The position numbers and the translations under genes were made by a program. DNA of 64,000 nt from the human T2T-CHM13v2.0 reference genome, Homo sapiens, in NCBI RefSeq assembly GCF_009914755.1, contig NC_060933.1, one strand, 5' to 3'. The notes beneath the pieces are model-generated. The model was not told where the DNA came from, did no database searches, and saw only the letters and a list, made by a program, of their open reading frames with translations. Shown here piece after piece: positions 13,231 to 32,837 of this stretch (the stretch's first letter is position 1; every line of letters begins with the position of its first letter).

Positions 13231-14420
13231 TTCAGAACCTCGTAGCAGTGTTCTGTAATCCTGTGTGAGGGACAAACACTCAGAATCCAGCCACTGTGTA
13301 CTGGAGTCCTATCTGAGGGCACACATTTAAAATCCAGATGTAGTCTCCTTGCTTTAGTGAATACACTTATCTCCTTTTCCTGCTATACATTTAGGCAAAT
13401 TATTTTTCTGTATCTTAAATAAATGGTAAATACCTGAAATTTCTTACTTTTTCCAGGCAGAGTGTCTTCACTATTTAGCTGTAGAAGTATAACTATTTTT
13501 GTCTGTGTCACAATTTTGTACTCAGGAACCCTGGCCATGTCACTAGCCAAACGGACATAACTTATGGAATACATGGACAGCATCCGGTTGATATGCTCTA
13601 GAGAAAAATAGCAGCTACCATAGACTTCAGGAAAGACACATCGAGCCAATGACAAAAATGTGGGTTTCCTACCTTCAGGGAGTCTAAGAATGCAGTAGAA
13701 AGTGATGTGGAGCAAACATCTTTCAAATGGAAGGAAGGGATAGGGAAAGGAAGACTGTTAGAGGCTCTTTTGAATGTTAGAGGCAACATAAAACATATTT
13801 GGATGTGTATTCTAAATAAAATGCAAATGTCAAGAAGGATGTCAGCTGTGAGTGGGACTCAGAGAAAGAGAAACGTTTTGGACTACAGAGGCCTGCAGTA
13901 CAAGTGGATCTACAATTTTGTTTAGGGAATCCAATGCCTCAGGTATCTATGTGAGGCAGAATTTTCCTATGGAGCCAGCGGCAAGGCTCCAGAGGAGAAA
14001 TACAGTACAAGCCACTTTATTTTGGAGTAAAAGCCTGTTGTACAAAAATTACCCGCCTCCTCCTTTTTTGAGAAACAATTTCACATTGGGATACTAATAA
14101 GAAGGAATGCTCAATCATGAATAAGGGTGACCCCGTTGTGATCTGAGCATTATAGGATCATAGTAACTACAACCAGTCTTCCATCATTCCATGGAAATTG
14201 CATGTATGCCACGTTGCCTTCTCAGTTTCCAAGGGACCAATTAATGAACAGGCTACTCACATTTTCAGCATCCTACTCCTGACACACTCCCACCCTTCTT
14301 TCTATTTATCTGTGATTCATAGAGATTTGCCTATGACTGGATTCCTGAGGAGAAAAAAGTCTGGATTACAGATGGCATTCCTTGTTATGGAAGGCCCTTC
14401 CTTCTGAAAGTCTATTTCTA
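13231..14420 (+). mobile_element. Degenerate ERV-L-class pol remnant (RT, tether, RNase H start)
   Basis: Manual translation gives PDVVSLL (~13333), CHNFVLRN...DIT/LMEYMDSIRLI (YxDD-equivalent, ~13506-13595), LFWSKS...FEKQ (~14015-14080), NQSSIIPWK (~14171) and EEKKVWITDG (~14347). These are collinear with recalled HERV-L pol motifs PDVVSLL, CHNL...YIDDIMLI, GFWSKAL...FEKQLL, HSIIKWK and WFTDG. Confidence 0.75.
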
Positions 14421-14875
14421 TCACGTTCTTTCCCTGTGCTGTCAAAGGGTCACCCCTTTGTACAAAGGAGAAGAGAAATCCATCAAGTAAATAAAATTTC
14501 ATTTACCTTTGTAAAAAATATTTCTACCAATTCACATGGAGGACCTTATTGTTTGGTCCAATAATCAGAGATTTGAAAGAACCTGATATTGTTGGCCAGC
14601 AGATTAGAAAAGAGTTATTAGAGAGAGATGGCTCAAATGATAATAACTGTATGCCTTGTGAATGCTCACCTAAACCAAAGATCACTGAAGATAATGTATT
14701 TTACCATAATGTTTTAATCTCAGGTAAATGCCAATCAGGAGACAAACACTTCTTTATCTCCTGATTGGTATTGATCTGAATTAAGCTGTCTGCCATTTGG
14801 AGAAATTTAAATACTATTTTAAACACACAGTCTTGTTACTTGAGTTATTTATGATCTTAAGCGGCTCCCCTCCTT

Positions 14876-15345
14876 TTGTGGGTTAGATTGTGTCTTCAAA
14901 AAGAAAATATATATATTAGAGTTCTAGCCCCTGATGTCTGTGAGTATGACTTAATTTGAAATCAAATTATTTGCAGATGCTGTATAATTATGATATGCTA
15001 GATGAGCTCATAATGCATTAGAGTGGGCCATAATTCAATATGGTTGATATCCTCATAAGAAGGGAAGAGGAAACAGAGACGCAGGGAGGAGATGGCCATG
15101 TGAGGATGGAGGTAGAGAATAAAGTGAGGTATCCTCCAGCCAAGCAATGACAATGAAGCTCAGTGATCACCCGGTGCTAGAAGAAGCAAGAAAGGATTTT
15201 TTCCCAGGTCCTTCCGAGAAAAATGCAGCACTGCTCACTCCTTCATTTAAGATTTCTAGCTTCCTGAAACATAAAAGAATAACTTTATCTCATTTTAAGC
15301 GACCTAATGTGAACCACTTTGTCACAGCAGATATAGGAAATTACG
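14876..15345 (+). mobile_element. MLT1-type (MaLR) LTR
   Basis: Starts TGTGGGTTAGATTGTGTC, contains TTTGCAGATG and GGCCATGTGAGGATGGAGGTAGAGA, and ends TTTAAGCGACCTAATGTGAACCACTTTGTCACAGCAG, matching MLT1B/C layout. Confidence 0.8.
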
Positions 15346-15464
15346 CCTCCTTAAAGAATGCAGAATCCTGGCCCGTGCTTGCCTCATACCTATTGAATGA
15401 GAATCTAAGGGCTCTAGACTCTGCATTTTGAAACTAATACATAATACGCAAAGAGAACTCACTA

Positions 15465-15640
15465 AGTACTCTACATGCACATCATCCTCACAAGCCATGA
15501 AGTAGTTTACTATTATAATTCTCATTTTACATATGGGAAACTGGAGCATTAAAAGATTAAGTAATTTGCCTACAGTCACTCACATAACCAGAAAGTGGAA
15601 GAGCTGGGATTCAATCCCAGTTCCAGACATCCTGATATCC
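15465..15640 (-). mobile_element. MIR SINE fragment
   Basis: CTCATTTTACATATGGGAAACTGGAGC...AAGTAATTTGCCTACAGTCAC...GAGCTGGGATTCAATCCCAG is the MIR core in reverse. Confidence 0.8.
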
Positions 15641-15799
15641 TGGGTTCAGACACCACACACTTAGCAACTATTACACACTTAGCATTATTATTATTATTAT
15701 TATTTTAATCACCATCTCCACCTTCTTAAGCACTCAAAAGTTGAAATCCAGTGGTGTGTTGCTGTTTCCATTCATAGCAAGTTATAGCCAAAATCATAA

Positions 15800-16189
<390 letters not shown>

Positions 16190-16589
16190 TAATAACTCCT
16201 TGCTGTCTAGTTTTTTCATGTCCACTGTGTAAGTACTAGTCTTAATGGGTATTTCTTTTCTTACTATTCTGCACCAATGTTTCCCTGATTGACAATAGTT
16301 TTCCTGAAATGTATTCTTGGAATGGATTTCTATGATACGCTTAGAAAATTCTGCATACCTTATACTTCAGAATGTGTATGTAAAAGACTCCAGTAAATGA
16401 TCCAGGGAAGAAAAATATTTGTGTGTTTTGCGAGTTGTATTCATATGTGTATAAAATTCCCACAGCACTTTGGGTAACAATGCTCTGCACACTTTTCCTG
16501 TGCTCCTTTTATCCATTCCCACACTTCCAGCATTTCCTTTGACGTTTGATTTTCTTTATTTTTTTTTACTCCAATATTTTCCTGTAGGT

Positions 16590-17470
16590 TTCAAACCTAT
16601 ATTTTAAAATGTCAACTGATTCTCCCCCCCGTCTTCACCACCTGCATCTCAAATTTGACATAGCCATAAACACATTTTATATTTTGGCAAATAAATCTAT
16701 TTCTTTTAAAGCATTGCCCATCTCAGCTAATGATGATAATATCAAGCCAGTCGCCAAGAAAATTTAGAGTATATATACCTTGACTCTTCCTTCTAAATGA
16801 ATTATTAAGTTCAGCTGTTTCTACCTTGAATTACCTTTCTATTCTGCCATTTCTCTTCTGTGTTGCTGCTGATGTTTTAATGTAGTCATTCATCACATCA
16901 TGCCTGTACTGCTGGAATAATCTTGACTATTCTTTCTGACTTTTTCTTCTAACTGCATCTCAAAAATTTCTATCTAGAATGAAAATAAGTATGTATATAT
17001 ACTATATATACATATATACATACACACTATATGTATGTATACAGTATAAGTATAGACATGCTATATACTATATATATATGCTATATATTTATATACACAC
17101 ACACCCACTATGCTTTCAAAAATTGTTTACTTATGTCCCATCATTGAAGGGTAAAATACAAAATCACTGATATTGAGAGACATTCTCCTCAATCATTTAA
17201 CATTTTCCTTCACAAAACTGTGCTGTAGCCACACCCAGAACAGGTTATGTTCCTTCAAAGGCACACACACTTTTCTATTACTCTCCTTTTACTCCTTCTA
17301 TTCCATCTGCTTAGACCATTTTTTACTTGTTTTCTGTCTATCTTCATTCATTTTTCAGGATCCAATTAAAATATTCACACAAAGGCTGAGATCTTTATAT
17401 CTTCTCTTATTTAAATTCCTGGAGCACCAGATAACTTCCTCTATTATAACTCTTACTGTATACAACCATA
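16590..17470 (+). mobile_element. Degenerate L2 fragments interrupted by a TA-rich microsatellite
   Basis: L2-like segments (CACCTGCATCTCAAA, CCTTGACTCTTCC, CATCATGCCTGTACTGCTGGAATAATC); (TA/CA)n at ~16990-17105. Confidence 0.5.
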
Positions 17471-19179
17471 ACTCTCATTTGAAAACAATGAATACATAAT
17501 TATAAAATCAGATATATCATAAAATGATTGGTATCAATATGTGAAAAAAAAATCTTCAATGTTGAAAGTACAAGATTACAAGCCATCTGAAAGTAACTAA
17601 ACATCAATCAGAGAAAAATGCTCATCATTTTTTGATGAAACCAAAAGTAAGAGAATTTGGTATTAATCTACTACATCATTGGTAAATTACATATTAATTA
17701 TTGTGAGAAAGAAATAATTGATGGAATTTAAAGAAAATCAGTTTTCCTTTATTTTTATTTTTCTACCTAAAAGTATTATATCTAATTAAAATAATGATTT
17801 TACAATTATCCCATCAAGTATGTCATCACACTAAAATCCATTGTATTTAATTTCTCGACTGAGAAATTGTATTCAATTGTATTCAATTTCTCTACTGAAA
17901 AATTAATATGAAAGCAATCACATAACATTCAGAAATTAATAAATATTTAAAGAAATTAAACAGCATTAGATTTTCTTGTTGTAAAATTTTTTTCTTCTCT
18001 CAGTATGGCTTATGTCTCATTGCTTCTATTGAACATAGCACAATTCAAGTATTAATACAGCACCTTTATAAAAGTTGTGAATCTCAGAAATGAACAAGCT
18101 TACCTCCCTAGTTATTTATTAAAAGTTACAAGTCACTTTTTTTTTAACTTCCTAATAATCTTAGAGGGGTATATTTTGTGTTTTTTTTGCTATATCTTTT
18201 ATAAAGAATATCTCTAATGATTTGAAAGTTAGAACCAATTTTCTGAAGGATTGAGCCTCGCTCCTTGAACTTGTGTGTTTGTGGGTGGCACACTATGTCT
18301 TTTGCAGACCCAGTACCTACCCCTTGGTCTAGAACATATTTTCCTCCACCTGCCTTTTAAGTTTTTATTTCAGCAGGGGTGGGTGGTTTGTGGTTGAACG
18401 AAAATAGAACGGGCTACAAAAGCCCTTCCTGTTTGATATTGAATCTGCTATTTGAGTCACCCTTATATTATGAACTCACTGTTAATTAACACATTTGATA
18501 AGAGAATATCCTGATCTGCTTTGCATGTGAGGCTCTCCCAGTAATAAACAAAGAAGCATAATCAAACAATATTTTAATTTCTCTATGCCCTGTTAGAAAT
18601 TCAGATACAATTCAAGTCATCTTGGAAATTTTAAGTTGCATTCCGATGTCGTCTCTGTTCTGGCCATTGTGCAATGGGCCTTCAAATGTTGTAGAGGCCA
18701 ACTGACATTCCATTGTTATTCATTTATACACAGTTATATATATGGTGTGTGTATGCAAATATATATATGAATATTCATATATGTGTACATGTGTACATAC
18801 ACACATATGGAGGTAATACAAGTTTGCATTGTTTTTAAAAATTTTTTAACCAAATTAACAATGACTCTATTGCATATCTTTATTGGTTATATCACATTTA
18901 TATAAATAAATTTATATCAGTGAGAATTTTCAAGTAAGTGAAATTTGAATTGGATTCAGGGTTTTATTTTTTTGAAATTTCCGATTAAAATTACTTGATT
19001 TTTTAAATTTTATCTTAAAGTATTCAAGTCCCATTTGTAAAAAAAAAAAATAGAGGATAAAAATGAAGTGTGTCTTTATGAGTCACAAATTTTTATTTTA
19101 CCTTAATAATTGTTAAAATAATATTTTTTCCATGAGGCATTTTATAATGCCCTCTTTATTTATTCTTTTGGTGAAGTAC

Positions 19180-21690
<2,511 letters not shown>

Positions 21691-21795
21691 TTAAAGGCTC
21701 AAAATCTCAAATGCAGAAAGAATGACTTTTAAGTATTCTACATATTTAAACCATTTATTTTATACAACAATCCCATAGATGCAAAACTACTACTA

Positions 21796-22062
<267 letters not shown>

Positions 22063-22119
22063 TTAGTTTCGAAATTATCATCTTCATGCAAAGTATTTAG
22101 CACAGTGCCTGGCAGATAG

Positions 22120-22459
<340 letters not shown>

Positions 22460-22612
22460 TGCTAGCTATTATTTCTAATCCTTTGCCATACTCAGGTATA
22501 ATCTTCCCAAATCCAGAAGTAATTTTATAACTTCAGCTAGTTGCAGGGATAAATTATTGAAATATTTTCCTAAAGAAAATACACAAATGAAACCTTAAAA
22601 ATACAAGGACTG

Positions 22613-23192
22613 GGCTGGGCACGGTGGCTCGCGCCTGTAATTCCAGTACTTTGGGAGGCCGAGCTGGGTGGATCACCTGAGGTCAGGATTTCGAGACAAG
22701 CCTAGCCAACATGGCGAAACGTCGTCTCTACTAAAAATACAAAAATTAGCTGTGCATGGTGGTGGGCGCCTGTAATCCCAACTACTCGGGAGGCTGAGGC
22801 AGGAAAATCGCTTGAACCTGGAGGCGGAGGTTGAAGTGAGGCTAGATCTCACTGCTGGACTGCAACCTGGGGCAACAGAGCAAAAACTGTCTTAAAAAAA
22901 AAAAAAGGCTGGGCGCGGTGGCTCATGCCCGTGATCCCAGCACTTTGGGAGGCCAAGGCGGGCAGATCACGCGGTCAGGGGATGGAGACCATCCTGGCTA
23001 ACACAGTGAAACCCCGTCTCTACTGAAGATGCAAAAAATTAGCGGGGCATGGTGGCGGATGCCTGTAGTCCCAGCTACTCAGGAAGCTGAGGCAGGAGAA
23101 TGGTGTGAACCCGGGAGGCAGAGCTTGCAGTGAGCCGAGATCGCACCATGGCACTCCAGCCTGGGCGACAGAGGGAGACTCTTTCTCAAAAA
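22613..23192 (+). mobile_element. Two head-to-tail Alus (AluSx-like 22613-22906; AluY-like 22907-23192)
   Basis: Two complete Alu bodies; the second starts in the A-tail of the first. Confidence 0.95.
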
Positions 23193-23201
23193 AAGAAAGA
23201 A

Positions 23202-23259
<58 letters not shown>

Positions 23260-23340
23260 AAGAAAGAAAGAAAAGAAAGAAAGAAGGAAAGAAAGAAAGG
23301 AAAGAAAGAAAGAAAGAAGGAAAGAAAGAAAGGAAGAAAG
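23193..23340 (+). repeat. Complex (GAAA)n/(GA)n microsatellite expanded from an Alu tail
   Basis: About 150 bp of pure purine tetranucleotide/dinucleotide repeat. Confidence 0.97.
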
Positions 23341-24771
23341 ATGAAGGTATAGTAAATTATGAAAAAGAGAGAATAAGCATCTTCAACAAGAAAAATGGAA
23401 ATAATAAAAACTATACAATTGCAAAACAATAACTCTTGTTAAAATATTTTACATGTCATATTGTAAATAATACACCCTCAGTGTATGCAGAAATGATTAC
23501 ATTAGTATAGGAAACAGCTGTGATTGTAGATATATAAACTAGAGAAATGCGAATCAGAAATAAGTTTATCAACTAGAAGAGAGAAGACATTTTTATTTGA
23601 GTAAGTCTACTGTCTATAATTTAAAAATACACAATGGTATTTCTTTCATTAAATAGCTTTATTTAAATATAAAAATAAAAGCTTATACATAGGCCAGAAG
23701 AAATATTGCTGGTTTATAATAAGGTTCATAGGAACTAAAACAGGGTAATTAGATAAGACGGTGTGTAAATAATTATGTTATTTTAGTAAAAATATCCAAC
23801 ACTGTACCTTTCAAATAAAAATATAGTTTTTTAAAGGTCAACAAAAAGTTTTTGTGCTTCAAATTTTAACATTTATCCTCCAAGTGAAATTACTATAAGA
23901 AGAAACAACTAACCTATAAATAAATAATCTACTTTTTGGAAAAGTTAACAAACCTCTCTACACACAATATAATTAAGAAAGATAATAAGAAACATATATA
24001 ATTTCAAGATTTTCAATTTTTTTTTTACTAAGCCAGAGAAGATAAATGAGTTAATCATTCATGTCAGTAAGTAAATACAGGATCAAAAAACATACCTAAT
24101 GGAAGGAAATTAATAACAGAAAAGTAAAAATTATAATCTAGAAAATGAAAGATATAAATCGATTCATAAATGGATAAGACTTTTAAGACTTTTTTTGAAG
24201 AAATCATTTGAAACTAGAATAAGCAAGAGGAATAGATCAAAACAAAAAGGAAAACAGTGAAGGTGATATACACATCCTCTTACTGAAAATTAATTTTAAA
24301 GAACTGCTTTGTAAACACTAAAATTCAGAGTCATCAATGTGTCTGGATATGGATTCATTTTTATTTCTTCTGCTCAGCACTTGTTTTATACTTTAAATTA
24401 GAGTCCTCAAGTCTTTCCTCTGCAATGGAAATTTTATGGCATCATGTCAAGTATACAAATAGTGAAGGCATTGCCAGTGTTTTCTTGTGTATAAGTATTC
24501 TCTACCATTAGAATGGAAACGTCATCAAAGTGGGCCCTTAGTGAGAGTTTGCTGAGTGGATGAATACTGTCCTTAAATATGGCTTCTCCATTCTCTTTGG
24601 ACTCCTTTTGGAACTCCTATCATACATGTATTGGGGACTTTCTTGACTGGTCTTTCTGACTTTTAAATCCTTTTATCTGGATAAATTCATCATTATCTCC
24701 CAATTGACTAATTCTTTGTGTTTATTGCATTTACACTTTTTTTTATATATAATTTTCATTTCTAGAGCTTT

Positions 24772-26082
<1,311 letters not shown>

Positions 26083-26849
26083 CTGGATGTTTTCTTCTTA
26101 AAAAGCCAGTTGAGAATACTAAGTGTACTCACTTAAAAGGAAAATTTAGTTTGCTATAATATTTCTCATATTTGCTGTGGTGAATTCATCTCTAGGAGGT
26201 TTCTTTGTATAATTATTTCATTATCTCTCTAATAGTTAATTCTCCACATGTTTTGTAATATTTTTTCACACTCACCTTGAATGAGAAGTTCTCTACATGT
26301 CATAGTCATATAACAAACAGAATTCACCCTCCTTCACCACTAATCACACTTCTGTATATTCAATAAAATGTGCATTTCTTCATGGATACTCTTTGAATCA
26401 TCTAAATGGAGACTCTTTATAGAAATATTGAATCATTAATTCTTCCATCTACTGTACTCCTTTCCAACATACTGTCTTACTGATTTTTCACTTTTTCCTA
26501 TTTATATCCATTTTGTTCTACTAACCCGTCTGTCATTGGCCTTCTTCTATAGCCAACCTCAAATTTCAGTTCACATTAGCTGTGAACAGCACTCAAATTG
26601 CTGCTGTATTCTTAAAATATAAATTTACTTCATAAAGCAAAAGTGAATTATATGCATGTTACAAAAAATATTCCTAGCAGAGATAAGATGGGATGGTATT
26701 TGCTGGGATGTGCAGCATCGTTTTTTCCAAATTAATTTCTCTCAGAATTCTCTCCTCCCTACTGCCAGGCAGAGCTCACCACTCACATGTCATGAATGAC
26801 ATTTTTAGTCATTTTTCATCATATCTGATCATATGACTTGAATTAATGT

Positions 26850-27270
26850 TTAGATCTGCTAAGGGCAAACACCACCATGGAATTAAATTTGCAAGAGGGA
26901 GGAAGGAGGAAGCAGGAGAAGGTGGGTAGAGTCTTCAGACTAGGGTGCAGATCTTACACCTGTAGAGGGAAAGAGGGAAGGAAGGCTGATTGGGGTAGAA
27001 AGAGACTGCAGCATGGTTCCAAGAATGCTTTGGCCTAGGTCACTGCAGACTCCTTAAATTAAAGTTACTCATTGGAGACTCTCACAACTCACTGGAAACG
27101 TCCTCACATACAATCCCCATGTAGCTCTATGACTGTTGGAAACATGACTGCTGCACAAGTGTAGAAGTGCTTCCAGAGACAGAGGGCTAAAGCCAGGCTG
27201 TCGCTGACTTATGCTGTCTGATTCAGGATATCTGCATTGCAAATTTCCTTGGTCATTAAAATCCATTACC
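26850..27270 (-). mobile_element. ERV-L-class LTR remnant (LTR33/LTR16-like)
   Basis: Lies 3' of the ERV-L internal remnant; GTGCAGATCTTACACCTGT...GACTGCAGCATGGTTCCAAGAATGCTTTGGCC resembles recalled ERVL LTRs. Subfamily uncertain. Confidence 0.5.
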
Positions 27271-27514
27271 CCCACCTCCTAACCCCACCACAGCACACAC
27301 ATATTTGTCCAAACAGGTTCTTCATACCAGCTATTCCAAAATTCCCATGATCCTCTCTTTTCCAAGGGGAATCTTAGAAAAGGAAGGTTAATGAGACCAA
27401 CTCTAGCCCATGCTATAGCAGTTGGTCTCAGAACTGCCTTTGAATGCCCAGTTGTGTGAGGGGGAGAGAAAGAGAGAGAGAGAGTATGGGAGTGGGGAGT
27501 GTGTGTGAGTGTGA

Positions 27515-27549
<35 letters not shown>

Positions 27550-29380
27550 ATTATCTCTGCTTCTTTTGTAGAAAAGTAGCCCTACCTCCTCCTGCTAATC
27601 AGGGTGTATTCATCCTGCCCCAGTGGTGACGTATTTCTTGTCCTTTGGTTACTGGACCTAAGGAATCTAAAGCACCCAACAGATAACCTTCTTTAGAGAG
27701 CAGGACTTGCCTGCCTTCCAGATCCCAGAGCTGCAGTGATGAGAAGCACAGGAAAACCTGAGAAGATTATTGGGAGCATTTGTAATTAGGGACATTCCTG
27801 TTTCTACCTCTTGTTTTCTGAACCTGTAGATTCTTCCTATGGAAGAAGAACTACTATATAAAGATCTGTGATAGAATATGTATAAAAGATGGTGCCCCCT
27901 GCATTCAGAATGTCTCCTTTAGCATAGTGCCTCAGTTGCATCTTTAGAGTGTTTCTCCAGGGCTCCATGAGTCTAGCTGCTTCTTGAAGAGTGTATGTAA
28001 TACAAATAGTAGATTACATGGTCATGGACCCACTTCTGCCCATCCTTTGCTGTGAACAAGGAACCCTGGTCAGATGCTATACCATGTGGGATTTTATGCC
28101 TGTGGATCAGGAATTCTGGAAGCCTCAGAAAAGTGGTCCTGGCTCAGGCTCTGTGAACAGAAGTGCCAAAACCAGCCCTGGAATAAGGATATATCCCTCT
28201 GAGGATGAAAAGGTGGTCATTCAAGGTCAAAAGACTTGCCATATACGAGTCTCATTATTGATTTATGCTGTTGAAAAGTAGGACAGTCAGAGGCAGCAGT
28301 AGTTAGATAAACCTTGATACATAGAAGTCCAGGCTGTGGGGCCCATATGTATCGTCCAACTCTGCCAACATGGTCATATGAGTGATTGCATATGTGTGAC
28401 TGTTGTGCTTGTTGTGGGAAAGCCAATCTCCAAGGCTGGCAGCTTGTTAAGTCATTTTGTCTGATTGGTTATTGAGTGCCTCTTCTGTGGTGAGTGCTTT
28501 CTTGTGAGTGTTAACGTGCAATACAAGATTCTTTACACTCCGTGCCTGCTCCTGCATGTCCACTCATATGCCTCTAACCCAGCTTCCTTGTCTCAGATAT
28601 TTCAGTTCTTTTCTGTCTAAGCCTCTGCCCAGATGATTCACCCACTGACTACGGCAAAGAAATCTGTTTATATTCCTGCCTTAGGTCATGCTTCTTCTAT
28701 GTAAAGTAGATGGCCAGGGCCACTGCTCCCAGTGCTGCTAATAGGGAATATTTTAATTTCCTTCTGTCTTTCAGAGTCATTCTTGCATTGGGCTGCAATG
28801 CAACTACACCTTTAAACAGAGATTGCCCCTTTGTCCCTCCTTCAGATGGCCACAGGGACACAAATGCAGGCACAGGTGTGAGCTGAAGGAAGGTTGCTGG
28901 TGCAAACATGGTGGGTGACATGAGGATCTGGGTTACCTGCTATTCAACTTATCCACTTGTTCTCATCTTGCTTGGCCTTTGTCTCATACTTACTATTTCC
29001 ACCTCATGATGAACTACTTCTTTTCCCTTCTGGTGTCATGACTTGGTGGTTCCAATAGAACTCAGCCTGCAAGAGGTAGCACCAGAAGCATGGTAACTTA
29101 TCAAGCACAGCATCTCTCCTAGGTCCAACATATAATTCTCTGCTATAGAGGGCATGGCTTTGTTTCAGAATCCCAGGAGCTGGTGTTGTAATTCTTTTAC
29201 TGAGAATTGCCATGTGTGCCACACTGTGACCACCATTGACACCTGCAAGAATACAGGTCCTGCAAGATCATATGACCCAAGCTGCAGGGCTGTTCACAAT
29301 GGAGCCTGGACATGCTGTGGAGCCCTGTCCTGCCCTGCACTCTTCAAACCCTGTGGTCTTCCTATCTCCCTGACTTGTCT
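27270..29380 (-). mobile_element. ERV-L internal remnant (RT end, RNase H, integrase, dUTPase-like)
   Basis: Minus-strand translations give LGSYDLAGPVFLQVS...LLGF*NKAMP (~29150-29290), VVALQPNARMTLKD...LAALGAVALAIYF (ORF 28697-28921), ILVLHVNTH (~28505-28530), IPHGIASDQGSLFTAKD...EAARLMEPW (27950-28092, integrase core) and IHPD*QEEVGLL (~27575-27615). The order matches HERV-L pol followed by dUTPase. Confidence 0.85.
27455..27548 (+). repeat. Compound (GA)n/(GT)n microsatellite
   Basis: Direct reading of the sequence. Confidence 0.9.
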
Positions 29381-29558
29381 TGTGGCTTACTTGTGTTATG
29401 TTGCTTAGGGTTTCTTGAGTTTTATGAGTTTGTATTTTTATAACTGTATAGATACAGATGGATAGATATAGATATGGTCAAAGAGGAAGAGTAAGAGACA
29501 AAGAAAAATAATTTTACAAAAGACTTTACTGGACATGTAGAAAAAAATATCAAAGTCC

Positions 29559-30620
<1,062 letters not shown>

Positions 30621-32837
30621 AAATTTATTAGATTCTAAAACATTAATTTGCTTCCATCCATTATATGTATTCACAAATCCTACAATAGTATGTTCTGGAA
30701 GACCTGTAATAGACACAGTAACTGGCATATTCATAAAGGAAATTTCCTTATGTAGGATAGTTTTTAGGGGAAATGCCTGAAACAAAAAAATCTGCATCTG
30801 CTTATCATAATTCGCTGCATAAAAGATCTAAATGTGTAACTGGCAATCAGCTTTAGCTTTGATTGTCTTTCATAGCAGCATGGATCAATTATGTTTACCC
30901 AGTTGGCTATTTCTCCATGCTAAACTCATATTGCATACATGCCTCTGAAATTCCAGTCATGTATAGTCTATAATATATACCTATATTACACAATTTGTAT
31001 ACTTTTCCACTTTAAAGGGGGGATTTATACCTGCAAAGGGACTTGACCTACAAGTATCATCCAATTCTGTTCCAAATTTTGGATACTATGACTCTATCCT
31101 GGAAATGATTCAGTAGTTTTGTTTCATTTGACTCTTCCTACAGACATAATGTGTTGAAGTAAACCTGTTTTTTATGTTTGGAAAGTAGCCTTTTGATGGG
31201 TGTTTTCTAGCTTTTGGAAAACATGTACTCAAAGCAGAAGTAACTAGTTGTTGAGGGAATAGAACCACAACATTTCTGACCTAGGCAAATTGAAACCTTG
31301 TCATCCTTGATGACAAACATGACATGACACATGATTGCCTTTTTCAGGGAGTTCTTATATAAAATATTTTATCCCCAACTAGTTGGTATCATTCAAATCA
31401 AATTTTATAATTTTACTCTGTATTAGGATGCAGTTTTATAATGTCCAAAGCATCTTTATGCATATTTTTTCTCAAATAAATCCTACAGCAACTGTGTGAG
31501 ATACTCAAAGGTGAGAATATTATCCCCATTTTACAACTGAGCAAGCAGACTTCAAGATTTGTTAACTTTTTAGAGCTGAAGTTTAGTCCACTATTTTATG
31601 TTATCAACCTTTGATTTGCTGTGCTATACCCACCAATTTAGAAAAGAATTTACCCAAGATTGTAACATATAATACAATTAATTTATTTTTTTTCTCTCTG
31701 CTTGAAAACAGAAACAGTGGTGATTATGGAGTATCTACTGATTATTTTGCTGGGACAAGTTGATGTCACTAAATTTATAAACTGAACTGAACTGATAACC
31801 TCAGTTACTTTGCCAAAATTCCTTCTTTTAATATTACATAAACTGTAGAATGCAGAAGAGGTACTTTTAATTTCTAATTATTTAAGTAGAGAAAGACTCA
31901 ACACTTCCTTTTAGGCTCACACATAAAATTTCTGGTTGATACATCACCAGCGATTGTGTTTCAGCATGTATGTAAATGCAGCTTTCTGAATAGGCAAACT
32001 TACAGGAAATATGGAATATCATTGTATTTACATACAGCAGTATCTCAGACATCATTCCAAAAACTAAAGGACAATGAGGAAATATTTCCAAAAGCCATAT
32101 TACAGTGCTTTGGGGGAGGTAAAAGAGAGAATGCTGCAATATGTTTTCCTGTTTGACTGACTCAAGCTACATTCTAGGAGATATTTTAAAAAGTGAATAA
32201 AATCTCTATGTCATAGTCAAAAGATGTAAGGCAAACCACAATTATCCAAGGAAATCTGAAATGAATATTACTAAATACAACCTTCTGGATTTGGTTTTAC
32301 TTACCTAGTATGTTGACTATGTCTGCTTATGGTTTTCTTACTTATGCCTACCTACACCATCTTTTAATCAAATGTGCCGATAAAATTTCTAAGTGCAGAA
32401 TTTCCTTTGCTTGACACAAACACTTTGTTCTACTGTGAATCAACTTCTGGGGCTTTCTATTGTATGGATGTCTACAAAGGGATGTGCTGTAACTCAAGTA
32501 TAAGCAGATGGTTCTTTCATTGTTGTAAATCAAATTGGTATAACCTGTGACTGGGTTCGATGTGGCCCCAGTTTCCTGAGGCCTGTGAAAATTGCTAGGT
32601 TGCTCATTTTCATTTTTTCTTATCACCTTAACTGGAGTTGGAGGCCCTTGCAAGTCCAGGACAATGACGTCTTAGGCAACCTCAGTTGTCTAGTGTGACT
32701 TAATAAGCCTGATGTATGTAGTAGAACCAATCTTTTCTTTTATATATAATGCCATTTTAAGTGATGTGAACCTTATTCTCTAGGTTACAGGTATTGGATT
32801 ACTTTCGTTCTTTATTATAATAAGCAAGGTGTTAATT

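Noticed and set aside
683-13275. Many 60-120 aa ORFs with recurring CSIKRKVQLCEMNAHITKKFLR-like text
   Set aside because: Chance translation of the 171-bp (57-codon) alpha-satellite unit; not genes.
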